Shown piece by piece: positions 52,951 to 64,000 of a DNA stretch of 64,000 nt. Made by a program: the position numbers and the translations under genes. The notes beneath the pieces were generated by a model. It had not been told where the DNA came from. It saw only the letters and a list, made by a program, of their open reading frames with translations, and made no database searches. Within the stretch, counting starts at the first letter, position 1; each line of letters begins with the position of its first letter. Source of the stretch: the human T2T-CHM13v2.0 reference genome, Homo sapiens; NCBI RefSeq assembly GCF_009914755.1, contig NC_060944.1; one strand, written 5' to 3'.

Positions 52951-55143
52951 TTTTCGCTCCTCAGAAAGACCTGTCTGGAAAGGCACGCAGATTTTGCAGG
53001 CCCTTAGTTCTTTATTTGTACAATTCTAAAATGGTTGCACTGGGTGTATAGAAAGATTAACTTTGGAGAAAATGACGATGGCAACAAAGTACTTAATATA
53101 TTTGCCAATATATATTGTTGATTGTACCCGGTTAATAAAACAGCATGGACTCATTCTTCACAAATGCCATATGTTCTTTAGGATTAACTGGGTTATTTTA
53201 TCTCCTCTCTGTGATGAGTCTGATCCCTGTTAGAATGTGGTCCTGAAGCATTTTCACTACAGAGATGACTGCCTGTTTTTCCAGTAGTCTCTGAGCATGA
53301 AAGATTATAGGATGGTTTCATTTGTTAGTCTGAGACTAGAAAAGAAAGAGCTATGTCAGTGCAGCGCTGAAATTCCTCCTGTCCTCTAACTGCCGCCTGA
53401 CTGGCTGAAGGAAGAAGGGTCAAGAAATCAGATTTCAAGAAAGTGAACATAAGGCCGCCTTGGGTCTGCAGCAAGTTTTTCTGGTTTCTGTGGAAATCAG
53501 CTGAAGCCCTGGAGCCTGGAGGGAGTGTGAGTGTGTGTGGAGCTCAACAGTTGGTGAGGCTGCAGTAGCTTCAAGGAGGACTTTGCTGCTTAATGTGGGA
53601 AGAATAGGAGGAGGAGGGAGCGGCTGTTTGAAGAGCAGAAAGGCAGGACTGTCGAGTAAGATGAAAGCAGTGAAGAGGTAGGTTTAGATCATTGCTGGAA
53701 GGCCCTGGAAACAGGCCCCCTCCCCCACCAACTGAATTTCTGTCTAAAGCAGGCATCCAGGGAGGATTTTCAGAGGAGTGTGAACACCTTCTTTGCATTG
53801 GGACTGTGGTGTTCGGCTCTCCTGCACCAGGGTAGGTTGATGCTTGGACAGTGGGGAAATGGAAGAACAAAGACATTGCTGATGAGGGAGAATGTAGGGA
53901 AATTCCCAGCTGAGCCTTCGTGCTCAGCCTTGGGTGTGTGGCTCCAGGCCCTTGCATGCTATCCAGGGCTAGTGAGAAGACAGTGAGCAAACCACTGAAA
54001 AGGACTCCTTACAAAAGACCAAAGTCTCATTTTAGGATCTAAAGATTTTTTTATGTGTTTAGTTGGGTGGGGGTAGGGAGAGGAGTGGTAACTATATAAT
54101 ATACTTTTCAAATCCTGAAAGAGCTTCCAGGGCACAAAGTCAGTTTAAATTACTTTAGATGAGCTATTGCTAAAAGTGATGCGCTGCAGGAAACCAAAGG
54201 GAACCAGCTGCGCTGACGTATAGCTATCTTCATTAGAGGACTCGGGCTGAAGCTCAGAAGCCAGCCTCATAGCACTTCTTCAGCATACTGCCATTACAAG
54301 GATGTGAGTTAATAAGAAAAAACTGTGTCGCTGCTTCCAGCAAGGTTCTTCGGAGTCCATGTGTAATAATGGGAAAGTGTTCTGAGGAGACCCTTGACAG
54401 TGAGGCGAAAAGAAGGGAATGCACCTTTTCACCAATGCTTGCATTTGGCACTAGGACCTTCCTCACTGGATTGTGTGGCTGCTTCCAAAAATGAGTGTGA
54501 TCGTGCACTCAGCTTTGCTTGGGGTAAACGCCTGAATTCTCAGGACTCTCAGGCTCTCTTTTGGCCCTACTTAGGACTTCCTAGAAAAGAACCTACTGGA
54601 TTAGTGTATCAGGAATTGCAATTGATTGTTAGTAACAGAGACTAGAAATAACAATGATTTAAACAAAATAGATCACATAAAGGTTTATTTCTCTCTCAGG
54701 TAAAAACAAGTCCAGAGGTCAGCAGGACTGGAATGGCAGCTTCGTGGTGTCATTGGGAGCCCAGGTTCCTTCTGTCATTCTATTCTGCCATTTTTATCAC
54801 AGGGCCAGGGATGTTTGTTTGCTTTTTAATGTGCCCCAAGCACCTATAAAAGTGCCTGGCTTCTATTTTCAAGATTGCCTCATGGTCCCAGATGGCTACT
54901 AGAGCTCCAGTTATTACGTCTATATTCCAAACAGCAGGAAAGCAAAATGGGGAGAAGGAAGGGCAGAAGGACACGTGTCCCCTCCGGGAAGTCCCAAATA
55001 CCAGTTCAACCCGAATCTCTGACCTGACATTAATCACATGATCATACCTAACTATAAGGGAGGTTGTTGTGTATGTGCTTTTTAAGCTGGTCACAGTATC
55101 CCTCCAAATAAAATGGGTTCTATGACTAAGAAATAAGAGAATG

Positions 55144-55758
<615 letters not shown>

Positions 55759-56689
55759 GTAGTAAGAGAATGGATATTAGGCAACTGGCAGTCTCAGCCA
55801 GTCTGATTGCTGCCCCTTGGTGTATAGAGCATCCCTCTTGGGCAGAGTTTAGCCAGGCCTTCTCTGAGTTCCTCAAGTCGCTGGTGCCCAGCTCATACTT
55901 CATGGTGCTCCCCAGAATTAGCATTTTTCCTCAGTCCACACTGCTGCCATTGTAGCGATGGGGTTGGTTTCACTGACAAAGCCTGTTGTAGGAGCCATAG
56001 AAAATGAGATAGGAAACTACAGGCTGGAGTCTCCTTTTCCACAGGAGGCGGCGGTGTACACACATCGCAAGCACTGAAGGCTTCGTGGACCTCTCCTTCA
56101 ACCCATCTGAGATATGGGCCTTCCCTAATATACAAACACTTGACCTAGGAAACTTCATGCCTTCTGCCCAAGCTCTGAAAGGTGATGTCAGATGCCACAT
56201 CATTCCGGTCTGTTCCCTCTGCATTCATAGAGAGAAGTAATGTAGCACAGAAAAGCATTTCCTAAGCATACATACTCACTTCTTGCTGCAAGGCACATTT
56301 TCCCACAGATACAGTGCTGTAAATTAGTTAAGGTAACACTTAAACACTTTTAAAATCCATAATGCGCTGGAATATTCTGAAAGAAGAGAATGGAATACCA
56401 TGGGAACAGTGAAAACAAGTGAGTTAACCAAAGGCAACAGCTATCATGTTGCTTTGCACCCAGTAGGTGCTTAGACAATGCTTGTGGAGCCTCATCACAA
56501 CTGAAAGATGAGACTACTGAGTTAATTTTGGCAATATTTCACATTAAATGGGTTTCAGTGGACCTATTTCAATGGAAAAGGCATTCAAAATTTCAAACAA
56601 CAGACATAAAAACTGCTTTCTGGAAAAATAGCCTTTGGGTATCTCATCATTCATATTCCAAGTGCACACTTTTTCTTGCCTCCTTCTCA

Positions 56690-57450
56690 ACATTTTCTTA
56701 AGATAATTTTCAAACATACAGAAAAGTTGGATGAGCTGTATGGCAAATACTCATGTACCTGCCACCCAGATTCTACAATTAACATTTTTCTGTATTTCCC
56801 TCACCACATGTTTATCCATGTCTGTGTCAGTCATCCATCCATGTTATTTTTGATGCAGAAAGTAAGTTGCAGACAGCATTACATTTCATCCTTAGACACT
56901 TTAGCATGAATATAAATTAACTGAGTGTCGTATGTATAATACGTATTTTTAAATAAAAGTAAAATGCATGGCTCTTGAGTGCACCATTTGAGTGATGATA
57001 AATACAAACCATGTTAAGATACAGAACGTTCCCACCACCCCAGAGCATTCTCTCATGCCCCTTCCTGGGCAGATCCCTCCCTGTGCCTCACAGAGGTAAC
57101 CACTATTCTGAGTTTTTACCATAGATTAGGTTAACCTCATGTAGAACCTCCTATCAATGGACTCATTCAGTGTATATTCTTTTTGGGTTAGGCTTTCACT
57201 CAGCATACTGTTTTTGAGATTCACCATAGGTTGTTACATCCATTGGTAATTTGTTCCTTTTTACTGCTGGGTAGTATTCCAGTGTGTGGATTTATTTTTC
57301 CATTCTTCCTATTGACAGGCCATTATGAACAGGGCTGCTATAAACATTTTTTGTACAAGTTTTATTGTGGTAATATGTTTTCATGATCTCTTGGGTAAAT
57401 ATCTAGGAATGGAATTGCCAGGTCATTGGGTAGCTATTCACATCTCTTTT
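56690..57450 (-). mobile_element. L1ME/MC 3' fragments
   Basis: 'ttcaaacatacagaaaagttg', 'gaggtaaccactattctga', 'ttttgagattcacc', 'gggtaaatatctaggaatggaattgc'. Confidence 0.7.
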
Positions 57451-58539
57451 GATAACTAAGATCTTATAATTGAACTGAGAGAGGACCTTATAAATCATCC
57501 AGGCCACCTAATTTTATAGACAAAGATGTTGAGACCCAGAGAATAGGTGGAAAAGAGAACTGTTCAAAGTTACAGAGAAGATTTTTCTCAAAGTATGGAC
57601 TAGAAACCCTTGTCTCCTAACTCTAGCGTTCTCTACAGCAGACTTCCCTTTTTCCCCTGAGAAAGAAGGAAATCAGGATTCTTTCCAGAAGATCATTAAC
57701 TCTTTCTGTTGTTGCTTGGGGAGAATTAACTGTTAGATATACCCGGGTGCAGGAGATTGTGCTTGATGCCTGTGCTTCTGTAGTATCTGGATCTGAGCCT
57801 GCTTCTCCTCCAGTGTACATCCCTGCAGCTGTTCCAGGATGGTCTTTGTGGAACGTAGACCTGGTCATGCAGCTTATCTCCATCAACCATCATGCAGGGC
57901 CTGTGGGAGAAAGTCCAGACTCTGTAGTTGAGTGTGCAGGCCTCTTGCTTCTCTTGCCTCACCTTCCACCTTATTGCCCATCCCCTGCAGCCCACCCCAT
58001 GCCATGTTCCTTCATATCTCTGGGCCTCTAAATCTCTTGTGTTTGGTCTGGAATGCGTTTCCCCCTTTGTTGCCCTGATAAATTCCATACTGTTTCTTCA
58101 TGATTTGGTTCATCCAGACCCTCTCAGGGAGTCAGTTACACCTTTTTATACATACGTACCTCTTCAAGCTAACTTACCACGGTGGTTTGTTATGATATCA
58201 CATTCAGCATTCGTTGAACTCAGCACAGGACTAGACACTGAAGGTACAGATACGACTGAGACGCGGGCCTGGCCTTTGAGTTTACCATCTATTGAGATTC
58301 CTGTAACAGGATAGTTTCAGTACAACACAGTAAGCTCTCACATGTGTTGCAGAGAACGAGAGCTCATCTCCGCACATCCTTACAAGCATTAGGTGTTTGA
58401 AAGCTTCACCACATGAAACTATCTCATGACTTTACTTGCATTACTAGTGAGGTTGAATGCTTTTTTTTTTAAAAATATGCCTATTGGGTATATTTTAACT
58501 CTTGAGGAAAACAATCAAGTTGTATTATGGTGGAACTAA

Positions 58540-58720
58540 CTAGGTCACCTCCTAGCTGTGAGACCCTGGAAGGCAAATTTCTTTTGCCAACTGAGTCTCT
58601 AGTTCCTTGTCTGTAAAATGGGGAGACTAATAAAATGTGTTTCATAGGATTGTTGTGAGAATTAAATGAGATAACATGTGTAAAGCACACACAGGCACAT
58701 AGTAGGTTTGCAATCGATGT
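58540..58720 (+). mobile_element. MIR SINE
   Basis: 'tctgtaaaatggggaga...cataggattgttgtgagaattaaatgagataacatgtgtaaagcac...ggcacatagtagg'. Confidence 0.8.
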
Positions 58721-59899
58721 GGCCTCTTGGAGTTCCTGGCCCCTAGCCCAGTGCCTGCCACCTATGCACTATTCAGTGTTTGTGAAGAATAGGGATGTAT
58801 GTACCCCGTGTATGTGTAAAAGGGGCTATATATAGATGCTCACACAGATCCATCTGTCTTGAGAAGGGTATCAATATTCAGCCGGAGTGGCTGAGCACAC
58901 ATGCGTGACTCTTCTTGGGTTGCCACATCCCCTGCTAGGCAGATGTCCATTATAATGAAATGTAAGAAGGGAAAAAAATAATAATAAAGGCAGAGGAGTG
59001 TAATGTTATGGCTTGATTTGACAGGGCCTCCTGCTACTTCAGCTGCCAGTGCCAGACATGGAACAGATTAATCTGTATTCCAACACACCACTGCTGAAGT
59101 CAAGATCGATCTAGTTAGGGTATTTTAAACATCCTGTTTGCATCTAGAGTCTTATCAGAAACCAGGACGTCTGTCCATCTGGGGGGCAGGGGGCAGGTGG
59201 GTGGCAAGGTTCAGCAATAAAAGAGACCACAGGCTGTAATTTTGGAAGTGAGAGAAGAACACTGCTGTTTGATTTCCTTAAAACAAAAGAGCTAATGGCC
59301 TTAGATGTTCTGTGGAAACAAAGGCAGCTCTGTAGCATGGCCTTGAATTTTAAAGTGGCCCTGCAAGATCTTGCCAAGATATGGGCCTGATGGTTGGAGT
59401 GCAGGGACCATCTCCATCCTAAGAATAGAACTCTGGCTGACCCATGTGTGTCTTTCTTAACCATTTGAGCTGTGGAAGGCAGGTGCAGGTTCTGAAGCCG
59501 AGTGGGCAGAGCGACCAACCAGGCTGGGCCAGTAGGTAAATGCCAGGCCATTGGGATGATGGTGAGGGTCTGCTTTTCATAGTCCAACGTTCATATTTAT
59601 CTCTGATCTGCACCCCATCTTTCCAACCTCATTACTTTTCATCCTTCCTTCCCTCCTGCGACATTGATCTCTTTCCAGTTCTTTGTCCGTATCCTGTGCT
59701 TTCTAATTTAATTCTTTACTTCATGTTGGTCTGTCCGCTTGGCATATTCTTGCTGTCATTCCCCCCTCTTCCCTGTACCTGTCCTTCAAGTCTTAACTCT
59801 GATGCTACCTTTCCTACCATTCTTAGCTCCTCTGGCTGGGAGAGCATTTTCTCCATCATTAGTTTCTGCCCCTGTCCCATTTGCTGTCATTTTCTATAA

Positions 59900-60195
<296 letters not shown>

Positions 60196-60199
60196 CTGT

Positions 60200-60365
60200 A
60201 ATTTTTTTTTTAAATTTTAACAGCTTTATTGAGACTGACATGTGAAAAATTTGTATATTTAAGGTATACCACTTTTTGTTTTGATATATGAATGGTATAT
60301 ATTATAAAACGATGACCACAATCAAGCAAATTAACATATCCATCATCTCACATAGCATTTTCTGT
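60200..60365 (-). mobile_element. L1MA/MB 3' end fragment
   Basis: 'cagctttattgag...tgtatatttaaggtatac...ccacaatcaagcaaattaacatatccatcatctcacatag'. Confidence 0.75.
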
Positions 60366-60696
60366 CATGAATCTTAACACATTGTAGGATTCTTATACCT
60401 ATTTTGTCAGTAAATGAACGAGTCCTGTGCCAAAGATTCCTAAAAGCCTCCTCCTGTGACCCAGCTCCGCTTGCTAGGGCCTCCTTTTCCTTTCTGGTGA
60501 ACGGAGCCTTCCCCTGCCCTGCCATTTTAAAACTTCAACAGAGGTTCCAGCAGGACCCCTCTAGAATCTGGAGGCACCTCTCTTGGTACAGAAGGTTGAG
60601 AAAGTCAAATTTAGGGATTGTTACTGTGCACCTTGTCACTTTTTTCCTTCTATTCTCCCACTTCCACCTTGGGAGACTTGTTAATATACATAGGAC

Positions 60697-61060
60697 TCAT
60701 GCTCCTCAACGTACCATGGGGTTATGTCCCAAAAAACCCATCATGAGTTGAAAATATGGTAAGTCAGAAATGCATTTAACATACCTAACCTACCAAACAT
60801 CATAGCTCAGCCTCACCTACCTTAAACATGCACAGAACCCTTACATTAGCCTACAGCTGGGCAAAATCATTTAACACAAAACCTATTTTATTTTTTTAAA
60901 AAAGTGTTGACTGTATCACATAATATATTGAATATTGTACTGAAAGTGAAAGAATGGTTGCATGGGTACTTGATGTACGGTTTCTACTGAGTGCATATTG
61001 CATTTGCACCATCGTAAAGACAAAAAATAAGTCAAGCCATCATAAATCAGGAACCATCTG
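60697..61060 (+). mobile_element. MER47A (Tigger) MITE
   Basis: 'atgctcctcaacgtaccatggggttatgtccc...acctaacctaccaaacatcatagct...gtacggtttctactga...accatctg|ta'. Confidence 0.85.
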
Positions 61061-61424
61061 TATTCCATTTATCCCTGACTCCAAGAATGTGGCCCAGTTC
61101 TAGGCTTCAAAAACTAAGTGTGCCCATAGAACCCCAAATTCTGGTTTCTGTCCACCAACTTTACCACTGAAAACATGAAGCTGCTAGCGCATAGCCATTC
61201 ACCTGCCAGTGTAATACATCCAGCCCTGCATCTCTCCCAGAGTCTTGGAGGAAAATGTTTTTCTTCTGTCTCAGTTCTGACCTCTTAACTTCCAGTGTGT
61301 AGCCACTCCTACTCAGGCCCTCCTCTTTCCTACCCCAGCTGAATTAGGGGTCCTTCACATATGCGCTGAGTATTTTCCATGCATGCCAGTTAATTGTGTA
61401 CTCTATTGTAATTGTTTATTTCTT

Positions 61425-61737
<313 letters not shown>

Positions 61738-64000
61738 TGTAGTTGTTTATTTCTTAGCGTTAATCATAAAATGATGAGCTTCTCTAGAGTGGGCTAGCTT
61801 TCATCACTGTCGTCTTAGTACTTGCTACATTGCCTGGCACATAGTTGGTACTCAGAATTTTGAGAAAAGGGAGGGCTGGTGACGTACCACTTCATGCCCT
61901 ATAATTATCATAAGATTATGAAACTCTAGAAGGAGAAGCTAATCTTCATTTCTTTACAGATCACACATTGTATTTTCAGTTCTTGCAGGAAGACCAAAAG
62001 GCAAATGATTATCATGGCCAAGTACATTTCTTTTTATTAAAAGGTAGGACCATCTCTACTTAGATGTGCTGTGTCCTTCAACTTACTAGTAAATAGTCAC
62101 TACCCACCTTAGCACTGTCTGCAGGTCTCCCAGAATCTTGTATTATTTGGCTTTATAGCCAGCGACACACAAGCACTTTATTTTAATTTATTGTGGGATT
62201 AGAGAGTCTGAGCGAAGTTGGCCTTGCTCCATTTTAGGGTTAGAACAAATCTTGAGTTAGAGAAAATAGCCCTACCAGCTGAGAGAGCCAAGCAATCTAG
62301 GTTTCTGTTTTTCTCAGCAGGAGCCAGTCAGGATGACCAGGGCTGACTGAAACATGTTCAGTGGCAGACATGTGATCAGGTTGCAGTATGGAAGGAGTTA
62401 CCTGGTGATCTAGGACAGGTGCGTAGGTGAGCGAATCCCTTGTGATTCTCTTTTTCAGTACAACAGATCTCAAACTGCTGTCTGTTGAGTGCCTACTATA
62501 CACATACCTCATTTGAAAGAATGGGTTTAATAGATGGGAGGGACAGCCCCAGCTTACAAATAAGAAGACTGAGGCTCAGAGGCTAAGCTCCATGCTTGTG
62601 GCTTAACCAGCTAGTGAGTGCCAGAGACAAGATTTGAATCCATGTCCCTGTGATCCTAAATCCCCACATAAGGTTAATTAATTCACTTGTTGGCATGTCT
62701 GGAGCAGATCCCAGGAGTTAGTGTTCTCCATGTACCTGTGTGTCTTTTTCAGCAATGGAACCATAATAGGCCTACTCATAAGCAGGCCCATCTATGGATA
62801 AATAGCTCTCCTCATAGAGAATGGGTAATGTTAACCAAACACCTGCTGGAATGTGGACCATACTTTTTTTTTTTTTTTGAGAGTAGGGATGAGAAATGCC
62901 AGTCCATCCCATTCTTCACAAAAATGGTGCACACTATAAATGGCTGGTTGGAGTGACTGCCACAGTCTGTGCTGTTCTGGAAAGACCTCTGATTTGGGTG
63001 TACTAGATCAAGCGTTCTTAACTAAAGAGCCATCACTAAGAGATGTGAATGCTCTGAAACTCCATGGAAAATGTTACATTTGTGTATGTGTTTCGGGAGG
63101 GTAGCATGCCTCCGTGTGTATCAGTCTCAAATGTCTGTCATGATTTGGAGGGAAAAGCAGATTTAGATTCCAGTGGCCCACAAAGGTACTTTGGACCTGA
63201 GGCAAATCACATTCCTTCTCAGGGCTATTGTTTCCATACTCAGAACCCCAGAATCAGATCAGAGATTTCTAGCCCTCCTTCCAGCTCTGAAAATTATAAA
63301 ACTCGAACTGCCCCCTGGAAAATCAAACTTTTAGCCCTCTCACATAGAAACAGGCATCTAACCCTTTGCTAATCATCCTTGAGAAGCCCTGAAGAGAGCT
63401 GAGCTGGGGGAAGGGTGGGCCAGAGCCTCCCTCCAGGCGGTTTCAGTAGTTAGTGTCTGTCTGAGGCAGCTAGTTGTCTGACTGTTGAGCAGGGAGCCCA
63501 GCAGGCAGGGACTCTCACTGGCACAATTTCAATCCTGGCTCTGTAACGCTCCACCTAGATGCCAGGCTACCTACCTCTCTGCCTAGTGATTTGAAAATGT
63601 AGATTTGCCTGGCCTTCCCCTTGGTGGAGCCTTGTTGCTTCTGTGTGTGTGTGTGCGTGTGTACATGCATGTGTGTTTTCTGCACTTCCTGGGCCCTCCC
63701 TTAGAGGCTGTTCTCTGCAGTGGGAACTACCACATCCACCCCATCTGCATTGACAGCTCCATAACCATCCTTCACCTCCATTTTATCCTGTCGAAATGAC
63801 GGAGCAGCTGAGCAGTGTTGGCCAGCAGATAAACCTGTTATCTTGCCTGCTCCCTGTGCCAGCAGCTCTCCCCGTCTCCTTGGTGCATGAAAAATTGACA
63901 CCACCTTGGGCTGAAATCTGTTCTTAGGGAAGCTACATTTATTAGTAGCTAATGAAACTCGGTGTGTGTATATATGTGTAAATTTGGGATGGCTGAAGTG

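Noticed and set aside
54064-54085. G-rich tracts at 54064 and 59181 as G-quadruplexes
   Set aside because: Only three runs of >=3 G each.

Overview
Human (or very closely related hominid; an almost perfect AluYa5 favours human) genomic DNA lying entirely inside the + strand gene CTNNBL1 (beta-catenin-like protein 1, an armadillo-repeat subunit of the PRP19/CDC5L spliceosomal complex). Four internal coding exons splice in frame with canonical GT-AG ends: 7418-7490 (73 nt), 7727-7785 (59 nt), 9260-9408 (149 nt) and 32940-33121 (182 nt), probably exons 8-11 (numbering from memory). About 99% of the window is intron, packed with transposable-element fossils: about 16 Alu units (14 antisense), L1M fragments, L2/MIR, MaLR and ERV1 solo LTRs, hAT and Tigger MITEs, and a rare MuDR-type Ricksha element. 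There is no CpG island, RNA gene, CRISPR array or second protein-coding gene that I can support, and the other listed ORFs are repeat-derived or chance. I see no clear evidence of a new biological system. The best leads are untested splicing or transcription hypotheses: a cryptic exon abutting a (GU)15 tract, a perfect orphan donor upstream of the first exon, a sense THE1 LTR retaining a splice donor, a possible antisense exon, and an intronic G-quadruplex. A few recent or odd TE structures are also noted. Repeat family names come from recognising consensus sequences by eye, and most repeat boundaries are approximate.
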